This document shows, piece by piece, positions 50,788 to 63,406 of a stretch of DNA of 64,000 nt; the first letter of the stretch is position 1; each line of letters begins with the position of its first letter. The DNA is from Lingula anatina (taxonomy: Eukaryota; Animalia; Brachiopoda): positions 6,696,001-6,760,000 of the forward strand of contig CM120642.1 in assembly GCA_051362555.1 (NCBI GenBank), written 5' to 3'. The position numbers were made by a program, and so were the translations under genes. Under the pieces are notes generated by a model that was not told where the DNA came from, ran no database searches, and saw only the letters and a program-made list of their open reading frames with translations.

Positions 50788-53700
50788 CTTTTAAAAACGG
50801 TGTACCGAACTATAAGTTTTTGTCATGGTATTGTATTGCGCTACATATTATACTTGTAATGCCTTTATTGATCATTTATCCCTGTATGTAATGTTCTGCT
50901 CGCTAGATATTTATTATGTAATCATACGCATACAGTGATGATAATAAACTACTACTACTACTACTACGGTAAAGTGAAACACACTGGCCAGAGAATGAGA
51001 TTTTCTATTGACGATGACATTGACAAGAAAGTTAAAATAAGAAAATAAAACATTAAACCAAACATATTTTGATTAAAACGAATATATGATGAGTAACATT
51101 CCATTCTCCCTCTATACAAATATGTGTTTTACGTATACCTCTCTGAAAGACCTGATATATATGAGACTTAGTGGATGTATGTAAAAGAGTAACGGATGGC
51201 TTTACCGCAGCCTGAACTCATTATGCCAATTTTTTAAGAAATTAATCTACATATACGGAAATGAGATTATGTGAATATTGGATAATTACATGAACATTGT
51301 TTTTTGCAGAGACAGAGGGGTTTTCCTGTTTGTACTGTATATAGTCATGCTATAATTCGCAGGATAGACAACAGCTGTCTGAAGAGGAGGCCTCCTGATA
51401 TATGTGTTTACCACTCAGTGTTGTACCGTTAATGTTTGTCTGTGGTGTCGATTTGTGTGAATGGGTGAATGTATGTGTTTATAATTACGTGTTGATAATG
51501 CCTAGACTACTTGCGGAAGTATCGTCCTTTTTTTTTGGTTAAATGTTTGTTATTAGATTCTAAGTAATGGTTAAAATAGTAAGTCTGAATTGTCGAGGAC
51601 TCAGTAGCAATATTGTGAAAAGGAGAGATATTTTTTTCATAAATGCAGGTCCAAATATGGCATCGCTATATTGATTGATACTCACAGTGAGAAGACAAAC
51701 GAAAGCTTGTGGAAAAATGAATGGGGTGGGGACGCGGTTTTTTGTTCACTAACTAGTTACAAAAGAGGTGTTGGCATCTTATTCAAATCTTCCTTTGACT
51801 TTAAAATCCACAAAGAGATTAAAAGATCCTAGAGGTAGTTACCTATTACTAGACATTGAAATTCAGGGTACGAGACTCACGCTAGGCGCTATTTATGGAC
51901 CAAACAATGACGATCCGTCTTTCTTTAAGGAGATCCAAAATAAAATTGAAGTAATTGGAACTACCTCGATAATACTTGGGGGTGACTGGAACGTCCCACT
52001 TGATTACATAACTGACACCGATAACTATCTACACAACAACAACACAAAGGCAAATCGAGAAATTGTCCGCATAATGGATAGTTTGGATTTAATTGATATC
52101 TTGCGAGAAATGAATGCGGAATGTAGAAAACTTACGTGGATTGGACCAAATAAGAAAGAAAGCAGACTTGACTATTTTTTTTATTTCTTCTGATTTACAA
52201 GACATAGCTGTTGCTGCTGGCATGGATTTTACTTATAAATCAGACCACTCTCCAGTAAACATGGAGATTAATTTTATTCAAATTGAGAGAGGAAGGGGGA
52301 CGTGGAAATTCAACAACAGTCTGTTAGGTGATTGGAATTATGTAGACTTAATTAAAAAAAAACATAAAAGAAGTGATAAAGCAGTACAGGACAGACGATA
52401 ATGAAAACGTGGAAATGGCAGAATTTAATATTGACGATTGTTTGCTATGGGAAACCTTAAAATTTAGTATTAGAGGTGAAACGATTAAGTACGCATCCTT
52501 TAAAAAGAGAGAAGCAGAAAAAGAAGAAAAAATAATAAGTGAAGAATTGAACAAATTATATGACTCTCTAAACAACAGGGATGATGAGACTATTCGGTTG
52601 GCAATTCAGGGAAAAGAAGATGAATTAAAAAGTATACGTGACAAAAAAATTGAGGGGATTATTTTAAGGGCAAAAGCAAAATGGAAAGTAGAAGGAGAAA
52701 AAAGTTCAAAATATTTTCTTAATTTAGAAAAAAGGAATTATTGTGAGAAATCGATACCTAAATTGAGGAGGAAGAACGGAAAAGAAATAACAAATATCCA
52801 CGATATCTTAAAAGAACAAAAAAGCTACTATAGCGATTTATACCAATCAAAAGACACTCTAATGGATAACGTCCATAGTTATACCTTTTTCAATGACGAA
52901 AATCCATTTATTAAAATTTCCAGTAGAAAAAAGATTACTATGAATGGCTCTCTGTCCCAAACAGAATGTCTCAAAGTACTTAAGAAAATGAAGAATGGAA
53001 AATCTCCTGGTTTAGATGGCTATACGGTAGAATTTTATAAATTCTTTTGGACTGATCTCAAAGAGCCTCTGCTTAGGTCACTGAATAAATCCTTTGAAGT
53101 ACATTGTACAGTCAATGTCTACATCTCAACGCCAAGGTATAATCAAGTGTATACCAAAGGAGGGGTAGGAGAAAGTATTCCTTAAGAATTGGCGTCCAAT
53201 TACTTTGCTGAATGTTGATTACAAACTTGCTTCTGCTTGCATATATAGCAGCCAGAATCCAATTACACATTGACGATATCATCTCTTTTACACAGGCTGG
53301 ATTTGTTAAAGGTCGCTATATAGGCGAATGTTCCAGAACTATTCAAGATATCATCCATAAAACAGAAAAAGATGACATTTTAGGAATTTTATTAATGCTA
53401 GATTTCGAAATCTAGCTTTTGATATTGTAGAGTGGGCATATATTTTACAGTGTCTTAAATTCTTTAATTTTAGTGAAGATATTCAAATCTGGTTCAAAAC
53501 CCTTTACTCTAATGTTTCCACTGCAGTGGAAAATAATGGACATCTAACAGAATTCTTTAATGTCACTCGGGGTGTTAGACAGGGTGATCCTCTGTCCCCT
53601 TACATATTTATTATCTGCATAGAATTGCTCAGCGCGGCGGTCAAATTTGATCCAAACATAAAAGGGATCTTACTGAATAACTCAGAATACGTCATTACAC

Positions 53701-55377
53701 AATACGCAGATGACTCTACGCTCCATCTAGCAGATGATAGAGGGTCATTGAATGCAGCTCTGGATATGCTAGAATTGTTCTCTCAATTTTGAGGATTGAA
53801 AATAAATTTTGAAAAAAGCCAGGCTGTTTGGATTGGAGCAAAGCGCTGCTGTGGTGAGGAGCATCAAACCTCTAAAAGTATATTTTGGAATCTTAGTGGA
53901 AAATTTAAACCACTGGGTATTTGGTATAACCTAGCAAAGGATGACATTTAAGAAGAAAATTTAGAGAAAAATTACATTCCATCAAATCGTTGTTAAATGA
54001 TTGGTCGTTCCGTCATATTTCACTCCTAGGTAAAGTAACTGTTTTAAAATCCTTGGCACTCCCTACCATCATCCAAATATTAACTGTCCTTCCTATGCCT
54101 GCTGATCATTTCTTTAAAGAATTGGAGCGTGTTTTTTATCGCTTTATCTGGAACAGTAAAAAAGATAAAGTTAAGAGAAATGTTATGATTAATTCTTATG
54201 AAAACGGTGGATTAAAGGTCCCCGAGGTGAAATCCTTCTGTAAAGCTCTTAAATTGATATGGCTAAAGAAATTGGTATATCCACATAATTGTTCTTCGTG
54301 GAAAACTCTTTTGATGGATGAGATTGCGGAAATCGGGGGAATTGACGTATTGCTACTTCCATTGCAGGGCCTACAGTCTATACGCAATATTAATATACTA
54401 AATAGGCCTACTTTATGCAAAGAGATTTTGGGAATATGGGCTTCTGTGCAACAATTTTCTACTACTTCTCCGGATGATATCCTAGCACAACCTTTATGGG
54501 GAAATGATCATATTAAGATCAATAAAAAGATAATCTTCTATAAACCTTGGTTTCGAAAAGGAGTGCTTTACGTTAATGACCTGATTGATAATACTGGTTC
54601 AGTAAAAAGTCTAGACGTTTTTTGTGATGAATATAATATAGATAGTAATTTCCTTGACTATCAAGGCGTCATCAGCGCTTTACCTTCTGCCTGGAAAACT
54701 GTTATAAGAGGGTATCAAAAGAACCTTGCAGCAATAACAAATAAAAATCTCGTATTATTAAATCGAAAAACAAATTAACGAAACTTTTTTACCCGAAATT
54801 TATTTCAGATAAGGAAGCAATACCTTTTAACATCCATGATAAGTAGAGGGAAAAGCTGAACATTGATTTTCCAAGTGAAAAGTGGAAGCTAGTTCATGCA
54901 TTGCCCTTTCGAGAAACAAATGATCATAAACTTCTCACATTGCAATTTAGAATTTTACATAGAATTTATTTTACGAATTCGATGCTTTTTAAATATAATA
55001 TGTTAGAACATGAGCGATGCACTTTCTGTAATGACCCAAAAGAAACTTTATTGCATATTTTCTGGGACTGTACATATGTTCAAGCTATTTGGACTTGTCT
55101 CATTCAGAACATACGTACACAGTACTCTGTTGAATAACAACAACAACCATGCCTGTTTATATTTGGAACCCTGGACGACAGCCCTCTCTTAGGTATTAAT
55201 CTACTACTTCTCTATATAAAGATATATTTCACTCTATGTAGACAGAATAAAATTACACCTCTTTGGTATGCCTGCAAAAAGTATTTGGAAAAGCAAAAGG
55301 AGATAGATTTTCAATCTTTATACCTACTGGGTCCTCAAAAGGCAGATAATTTAAGAAAAAAATTGGGCCGGTATAGA

Positions 55378-57257
55378 AACAAGGCAGCAAAGCTGTCAAA
55401 TGTACAGACAAAAAGCAGGAAATAACAATGCAAAAAATAGGCTACTGTCAATTCTGATGTAAAAATACATTATGCTTAACTACAAATTCAACATCAAATT
55501 TTAATTATGCTAAACAGGTAATACCAATGTAAGTAAAATGTGTGACAAGCATAAGGCTTCAGGCCCATGGGAGTTCAAGTTCACACTTTGAAAATGCCAG
55601 AATGAGAAAAATATAAATTTCACACAAAATTGCATAAATTCAATAATAAATGATAACCCAATTGAGCTGGCTTTCTAATTTGAACTGCATGCCAATCTTA
55701 AAAATCATACTTGTAAGTTAAAAATAATAAGTAACACAGTTTTCTTTTCATAATGTTTGTAGTAGCAGTGCAAAAAGATTTCTGTCCATTTTGATGTAAC
55801 ATTACGTAATACATTACAGAATAATTATCACCAATTTTTGATTATTGACTATAAATAGCAAGGACATGTACAAAATTTCCATACCATTCAGCTTCATGTC
55901 CATGGGAGCTCTGAGTCCCACAATGAATATGCCACACGATAAAAATGAATATTTCACTAAAATTTATAACTTCCAGAAAAAGAAGCCAATTAGACTGCTT
56001 TTCCAACTCAGGCTGCATTTTAGTCCTGTGTTTCTTTTTTGAAAGTTTGACAACCATAAGTAACATGGTTTTCCCATAATGGTCATCATGGCAGCAGCAC
56101 CCAAAATTGTGTTTTCTTCTATTTTAATGCAATATTACATAATGCTTAACAGCATAATGACCATCAACTTTTAATAGTAAAATAAGTGTATAATGGATTT
56201 TCACAAAATATGACTAGCATGGGTCTTCAAGCCCGTGGAGGTTCTAAGTCACACCTTGAAAATGCCAATATGTGAAAAGTTAAATTTTCACAAAAAAACT
56301 GTTTAATTGCCAGAAAAATTTACCAAAAAGACTGCATTGCTTACTGAAGCTGTATTTTAGTCCTGTGTTTCTTTCCTGTAAGTTTGAGAACAGTAAGTGA
56401 CATGGTTTTCCTTAAATGGTCATCATGGAAGCAGTGCCCAAAATAGGAGTTTCTTCAAATTTTGATGCAATATTACATAATGTTTAACAGCATAATGACC
56501 ATCAATCTTAATAATAAAGTATTAGTATCATGGATATTCAGAAAAGGTGACTAGCAAAGGTATTCAGGCCCATGGAACTTCAAAGTCACACCTTGAAAAT
56601 GCCAAAATGTAAACAAGACAGCACTGTTCTGAAATGGGTGTTTTCCCATTTTTAACAATTTTTAACATAAAACAAAATCAACAGTTTACTGCCATTGTTA
56701 TATGATCAACTAAGAAAATTGATGAGATGGGAAAAATATCAATAGAATAGTGTTAAATGTCCAATTTCCTCCATTCTGAAATTCTGAACATAGTATGATT
56801 CAATCTGACAAACTGCAATGATATGAGTTTATTTCCATTTTTGAAACTTTATTACACAATGCACGATAACAAGTTTACCATCATTTTTACAAAATCAACT
56901 AACAATGTTGTAAAGATGCAGGAAATGTCAAACAAACACTTTTACGTATCTTATTAGTTTAATAATGAGACTGTTAACATGCCTAAGAATTGAATCTGAG
57001 GAAATGTGAAAAATATGCTGAAAAGTGAAAAAAACAGCATAACTTCTACAATAATGGCCCGATCATGCTGATTTTCGAACTTGACCTGCGTTTTATGAAT
57101 ATTCATCAGCTCTGTAAATATAAAGCCAAAAAGTAAAACTGCCCTCCACTTATCGTGTTTACAAGGAAAGTGCACGGCGCCGGCATCGGCATCGCCATCG
57201 GCGACGACAGACGCAGGTGATGGCAATATGTACAGACACATCTGTGTCTGTACATAA
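55378..57257 (+). mobile_element. Non-autonomous Helentron-type (HINE-like) element inserted in the 3' end of Tx1 ORF2
   Basis: Starts aacaagg with sub-terminal atgtacagaca (55400), ends in hairpin atgtacagacacatctgtgtctgtacat (57228-57255). Has internal ~337-bp tandem repeats and a ggcatc/gacg microsatellite. Removing it restores LINE frame WAGIE|NIDMNR. Confidence 0.75.
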
Positions 57258-59302
57258 AAATATTGATATGAATAGAAAAGAACATTTGTCGTAGCCTAGG
57301 CCTACTAAGATTCTTTTATTTAAAAAAAATTCTACATGTATTTTTAATCATCATTTGTAAGAACTTTTGTTTGTAGTGTGTGAATGGTGTGTGGAAGGTG
57401 TATTTGTCTCTTATTGTGTTGTAAATGTCCTGTATTAATTTTCGTGAATAAAAAAAAAGAAGAAGAGTCAGGATTATTCAATTTATTGGTGGCCTTATCA
57501 CATTATATACCGCAAAACGGATGAAAACACCTGCTCAGAGTTAAATAATTATGTCAAAGTCCACTCAGGGTTTAACTTTTTAGTGCATTTCACCATGATT
57601 CCCAACAAACTCATCACAATCAGGATTTCCTCTGTTATTATCACTTCTAACTGATATATGCAAACGATGTAACATTTTTGTTAAGCGTACGCAGTAAAAA
57701 TTGACCTCGACAGGCAGCGGGGACAACAAGCGTGTGCGAAGGGGGGGGGGGGACGTTGAAATAAATTACAAAAACAATATTTGCTCAAATTTGCCCAAAA
57801 ATCTGAAATGTTGGTTAGAAACCTTAGTCCTGTTCTTCTACATGGCATATATTTTGTCTTGCCGCCCTTTGCCGACTTCAAAAAATAAATCAGTTTAAAA
57901 GTTTGCCCTTAAAATTTTCCACTTCTGACCTCTCGTACATCGCGAAAACATTACCCTAAAGGAAGTAACAGCTGTTCTCTATCACGTGTCAATGTAGGGC
58001 TGTTCCCGATGCAGTAGTTGAAACACGCCGTGCATTGTAAGAGCGGGTTGAAATCTGATACTCTTGGGGACAGTTTAATGGCGCTTCGCGAAATAGAACA
58101 ACTAACGCCACCTAGGGACGTCTGCGCTTGCGTTACTGTCGCAAAAGTTTGCTATTTACCTTGCCGTTGCTGGTTGTATAGTCAACTTGATGGTACGGTT
58201 GACATGTGTAGTCACTCCTCTCTATGTGCTGCCTCTGTGTATAAATTGATCAGTATTTCTATTATCTGTTTGTGCAGGTTCGTGTAGTCTCAGTGAATTA
58301 ACCTTTTTGATCTTTTGCGGAAATACGAAGTGCGCATGACAGGAACCGCGCGCCACAGTGGTCATGGTAGTCCTCTGCTGTTTCCAGCATGGCAATGCTA
58401 GGTGTATAATAGATGTACAAGGTGCGCATATAAAAAGGTCGTTTGAAGCGTGCACTGCTTTCTGTCAAACTAAAAAGGTGGCTGAAGCACAAAAATACGT
58501 AAACTGTAGGCAAGAAACAGCTATTTGGACGGAGAATCAAGCAATTAAATGTTTTCTTTCTCAGTTTAAATACGATGCGCTGTACAACTAGTGTTACGAA
58601 TAAGCAAACTTCTTTAGTCTTTTTCACATCTATTTCATTTGCTTGTCATTGAAATTGTCACGTAGAAACTGAAATGAACAAAATACATCAAATTAAGAAA
58701 TTATTTCAAAAATTAAATGAGATTTATTGAAATTTAATTGAAATTCTATGAAGTTTCTAATACAAATGAGAGGTCATACGAGATTTCCGTTTTTGCGAGA
58801 GCACTTGCGCACGAAAGTCACTATCTCGAGTGACCAGCACTGCATACCAGAAAATTGATGCAATTGTAATACCACTATACAATAAAAGGAATATACATGT
58901 AAAATCCTTCTCAGATAAAGTATATCCTTCTCATCCAGCTAACTAAATGAAGATAATATAAATAATTATCTTAGGTGCATTATAAATACCAACCCAAAAT
59001 ATGGTTTTACATGTTTCTATGTAAACCAGGCACTGCCCCCCCCTTTTTGCTGTGGAATAGGGGAGGTGGGTGGGCGTATGACCTCTCATTTGTATTTAAC
59101 TATTAGAAACTTCATAGAATTTCAATTAAATTTCAATAAATCTCATTTAATTTTTGAATTCTATTTCGATTCTATACAAATGAGGTCTTACGAGATTCCC
59201 GTTTTATGCGAGAGCATATGCGCACTTGCGCACATCTTCACAGTTCGAAGCTTGCTGGTCACGAGAGCAACTTGGCTCTGAACATAGTACTACATACCTT
59301 TT

Positions 59303-60514
59303 CTAATTATTTAAAACTGCGTCAGCAAACTCTTTCCCTTTAATTGGTTTATTATAGTACTTTGCAAAAGTCTTGCTTGAAGACCATCCAGCTACTTTCA
59401 AAATATCATCTACGGGAACTTTTGCTCTTTCTGCTGCCGACACTGCTGCAGCTCGGGTTAAATGAGCCTTAAATGATTCCTCTACACCTGCTTGGTGCAT
59501 CAATATCCGAATCCATCTGGATATTGTATCTTTTGAAACGGATGAGAAAGGTTTTCTATAACTAATAAAAAAATTTTCTTGTCCATTTCTCAATGGCTTT
59601 GTCCTTTTTAAATATTCCTTAACATATGTCAATGTACACAATCTCCTATCTGGAGGGTACGATTTAAATTGTATAGATATTGTACCAATTCCTGGTCGTG
59701 TTTGTTTCAAAGTTTCTTTTATTTTAAATAAAACATAGTTTTTGTGAAGTTCTAACTCTTGGAACTTCAGTAAATGCAACGTTTGTGCTCTCTGTGCAGA
59801 TGTAAGAGACATAAGCATGATCAACTTCATTGTTAGATCTTTCAGTGATAACTGCCTTGCTGGTGACAGTTTCCTCATGTAATTTAAAACAATTGATACA
59901 TCCCACACTTGTTGATATCTGGATGCAGTAGGTCGAGTGTTAAAAACTCCTTTCAAAAACCTTACAATCAAAGGATGACTCCCCACTGTTGAAGCACCAA
60001 TGGTAATAAATGTTGATAATGCACATCTTGCAGTGTTTATAGCACTGTAACTTGAGCCATCTTCATAGAGATGTACTAAAAAATCTAGCACATTCGCTAC
60101 AGTTGGTCTATAAAAATTGACCTTCCTTTGATTTGAAAACATTCTCCACTTTTTAATATAGACTGAATATTGGTTCTGAGTGGATTTTCTCCATGATTGA
60201 AATATGATTTCGATAGCTCTCTCTGAAATTCTATCTGATTTGAGAGTTTTCCGGATACTTTGCATGCCAACAGTTTCAAGTGATTTCCCATTGGGTGTGT
60301 CACCCCTTTCTGGTGTGGAAGTGATAATACTGTTGTTGTTGGCGGTAACAGAATAGGGATGTCTACTAACATTTCCATTAATGGAGTGAACCATGCTTGT
60401 GTCAACCAAAAAGGTATCACAACTAAAGCATCTGCCTGATCTTCCCGAATCTTCTTGATTATCCTGGGAATCAGGCTGAAAGGAGGAAAAATGTATGAAT
60501 ACATATTCTCCCAA
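59303..60514 (-). CDS. DIRS tyrosine recombinase
   Basis: SWRKSTQNQY, SYSAINTARCALS, HPLIVRFLKG, WDVSIVL, SAQRAQTL (R), KAHLTR (HxxR), GWSS..TFAKYY (Y nucleophile). Confidence 0.88.
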   Translation of the reverse strand: MGEYVFIHFSSFQPDSQDNQEDSGRSGRCFSCDTFLVDTSMVHSINGNVSRHPYSVTANNNSIITSTPERGDTPNGKSLETVGMQSIRKTLKSDRISERAIEIIFQSWRKSTQNQYSVYIKKWRMFSNQRKVNFYRPTVANVLDFLVHLYEDGSSYSAINTARCALSTFITIGASTVGSHPLIVRFLKGVFNTRPTASRYQQVWDVSIVLNYMRKLSPARQLSLKDLTMKLIMLMSLTSAQRAQTLHLLKFQELELHKNYVLFKIKETLKQTRPGIGTISIQFKSYPPDRRLCTLTYVKEYLKRTKPLRNGQENFFISYRKPFSSVSKDTISRWIRILMHQAGVEESFKAHLTRAAAVSAAERAKVPVDDILKVAGWSSSKTFAKYYNKPIKGKEFADAVLNN

Positions 60515-62172
60515 GATATTGAAAAGGCATTAATGTATTTAGCACCAGGTTCTGGTTTCCAAGAAGCAAATACTTCTAATTTGCTATTCAATCTTGATGC
60601 AAATAGATCTATACATGGCATACCAAATATATCTGTCACTTTTTTAAATACATCAATATCTAGTGACCATTCAGTTCTAATATTCACCTTTCTTGATTCC
60701 CAATCTGCCTCTACATTTAATATTCCAGGCAAATATTCAGCAGTAAGCCATATGTCATTTTCAATGCATTTATTCCATATGTCTGATACTATTTCATCAC
60801 AAACTGGGGATTTCAAACCTCCCATATGTGTAATGTATGCAACTGCTGTAGTATTATCAGATCTCAATAAAACTACCTTTCCTTTGATTTCTTGAATAAA
60901 GGTATGTAAAGCCATTTTTATAGCAAGCAATTCAAATGCATTGATATTATCATGACAGAATAAAATTTTTTCTTCAGTAAAGAATCCACCAATTCTTGTA
61001 TCTCTACATATAGCTCCCCATGCTAAAGGAGTAGCATCTGATTGAATTTCAATCTGTGCATTGCCATGATAAATTTTATTTGTTGCAAACAATATATTAC
61101 TAGACCACCAGTCTAAATCTACTTTCATGTCATCTGTAGTATCCATTGCAGCTTCATAATCATCTTTATTTTGTTTCAATGCATTAATTTTTGCTCTCTC
61201 TAGTTTTCTATAATGCAATGACCCGTATTGGACTCCAGTCAAACATGATATTAATATTCCTAATATTTTTGCAATTTCTCTAATAGATGCATCATCTCTT
61301 CTGATTGAATCATCAATCATTTCTTTATAAGCTCGTTTCTTTTCATTGGTCAGTTGCACAGTCATATTTCTAGAGTTTATTTTAAATCCCAAAAATACAA
61401 TTTCTTGAGTTGGGATTAATGCTGACTTTTCGTCATGGATCAAAAATCCACAAGTTTTGAATAACTTAACCGTTTCTTGTACTGCCCATTGACATTCATT
61501 TTCTGAACTAGCTTGTATATAAATGTCATCTATGTAAGATATCATAATAATCCCTTTCCTTCTTAAGGATGCACATAATGGTTTTAATAATTTTGTGAAT
61601 GCTCTTGGAGCATCTGAATAGCCATTTGGAAGGGCAGTATACATATATTATTTATTTCTCCATTGAAATTTGAGAAACTTCTGATGCTCTTTGTAAATTC
61701 TAACCATATAATATGCATCTCGTAAATCTATGCGTGCCATGTATGCTTTATGACACAATAAATTCAAGACTGTCTTTAAAGTATCCATTTTAAACTTATG
61801 GTACTTCATAAATTTGTTGAAAGGTTTAAGATTTAATATCATTCTTCTTGTGCCATCTTTTTAAGGCCTAGTAAATATTGTATTGACAAATTGTCCTTCT
61901 TCATTTTGTGTTTCAACAATGACACCTTTACATAATAATCTTGAAACTTCAATATCAATCAATTTTTCTTCAGATTCTGTGAATCTTATTTCTCTTAATG
62001 GTGTCGTCTGTTTAGGATAATTATTATCCACAATTTCCAATCTTAAACCTCTAACAGTCTGTAACACCCAAGCATCAGATGTCAGCAATTCCCATTGGGA
62101 AATAAACTTTGATATTCTACCAGCAATGTTATGTTGAGGACTTACCTCAAAAATTTTCTTCAACTTTTCCAC
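60097..62172 (-). pseudogene. DIRS reverse transcriptase / RNase H / adenine-methyltransferase-like ORF, frameshifted at ~61645 and ~61860
   Basis: RMILNLKPFN, IDLRDAY, LPNGYSDAPRAFTK, YIDD, FLGF, SDAT..AWG, INAFELLAI, SDNTTAV, DLFASRLN, YIFPPF. Confidence 0.85.
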
Positions 62173-62174
62173 AT

Positions 62175-63406
62175 CTAATGATGCAGAGTTGCAAGGCAGT
62201 TTTTTAAATCTTGCTGCCTGTGATAGGTCCTAATATGACCTCTACTGGTGCCACTTCTTGCACCTCTAATGCTCTTAGGAGGAAAACTTCTTCCCCTAGC
62301 TCGCATGTTGGTTCTTCTTCCTCTTTCTCTGGGAGTCCCAGAATATGATGGACCAGTGTTTTTAAACACTTGGTGACTCATTTTGTTGACATCAGACATG
62401 TCACGGATTCTTTTTACTATTTCATCCCCAAAAAGCCTATTTGTATATGGGATGGAACTCGCACACAAATGTGAATATTGCTTATCAATGTGAGGTCTTA
62501 AAGCCTCTTTCCTTCTTGTGCAAAGTTCAAAGTTTGTGCAACCAAATGCTCGAAGTGCATTCGTAGCATCATTGATTATTTCTTCAAAATCTTCTTCTTC
62601 CAAATTTTTAGTATCTGAATCCCATTTACTAATGAGTTGTTCATTGCAACTGCCATTGAGGAAATGCCCTTTATCAAGCAATTTGCACTCTCTGAAGATT
62701 TAAATCTTGTGTTTTAGCATCATGACTAATGCTAGGCCATATTTCCTCGTTAATTATAATTGGTTGCAAACCTTCACAGTTGGAAGGAGCTAAAATTTTC
62801 TCAAAAAGAGCTTTGGTCTCTTCTTCCATTGGTTTAGACCTCATGAAAGCTGTAATGTTGTCAGCTAAGGTTGTGTTAATTTCAGGCCCTTTGGGCTCAG
62901 ATTTTTTAGCTGTTTCAGTCATTTTCTTCAAAACTTTCATTTTCTTTTCCGGAAGAAGTTCTTCCTCTATGTGTCTTTTACTTGTACTGGGATTTTCATT
63001 ATGGGCAGTGTCTGCCATTTCGAACACTTGGTCTGAATCCCGAGCCTCACTAAGAACTGACGTGTCGTCATAAACTGGCTCTTCATAATACTCTTGAGGA
63101 TATTCATACCTTATTTCGTTTTTAAAATCCTCCATTTGCTTTTGAAGATTATCTTGCATATTCTTCATTGTGCCAGCTATAATGTCAAGTGCTGCACTAA
63201 TTTTATGATCCACAGTCGTGGCATTATCGGCACTAGTGGACGCGCCATTTTCATTTTCCACATGAACGCTACTCTGCGTCAGAGTTTGAATCTCTGTTAG
63301 AAATTGTGGTGAGTCACCACTTTCTTTTGACTTCCCGTCGGAAGATTTCTTGTGGCCGTGCGTACTTTTCTTAACTTTGGGTCTACTTTCGACCTTTTCA
63401 GCCATA
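62175..63406 (-). pseudogene. DIRS gag-like ORF, frameshifted at ~62678
   Basis: ORFs 62674-63543 and 62175-62681 (PSNC..LQP..INEEIW, D..LQRVQ, RRKE.LRP.I...Y..LC, LFG) lie upstream of RT, the usual DIRS ORF1 position. Confidence 0.7.

Larger units (their letters stand above)
46296..50966 (+). mobile_element. Near-intact non-LTR retrotransposon (APE + RT; RTE-group, RTEX/Proto2-like) nested in Tx1 ORF1
   Basis: ORF1 46749-47720 (coiled coil, RLG...PRPILV). ORF2 47699-50787 with one frameshift near 49360: TWNINS, CLNE, GDTN, LDH, SNHAP, NYRGI, DFVKAYD, GVRQGSPTS, LMDD, YLG, RLSSHRLAIETGRW..C.C. 3' end AATAAA + (ACT)n. Clade call is tentative. Confidence 0.88.
45053..57456 (+). mobile_element. 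Full-length decayed L1/Tx1-clade LINE: ORF1 45453-46295 + 50967-51048, ORF2 51567-~55377 + ~57258-57295; hosts two nested insertions
   Basis: 18-bp TSD aagaagaagagtcaggat at 45035-45052 and 57457-57474, preceded by AATAAA/poly(A). ORF2 fragments: MVKIVSLNCRGL, IYGPN, GGDWN, SRLDYF, SDHSPV, WKFNNSLL, KSPGLDG, GVRQGDPLSP, QYADD, C.FC...ETLLHIFWDC. Many frameshifts and stops. Confidence 0.9.

Noticed and set aside
58222-58627. Possible THAP-like or other gene fragment next to the DIRS element
   Set aside because: Only a weak C..HF resemblance, with no consistent domain or exon chain.
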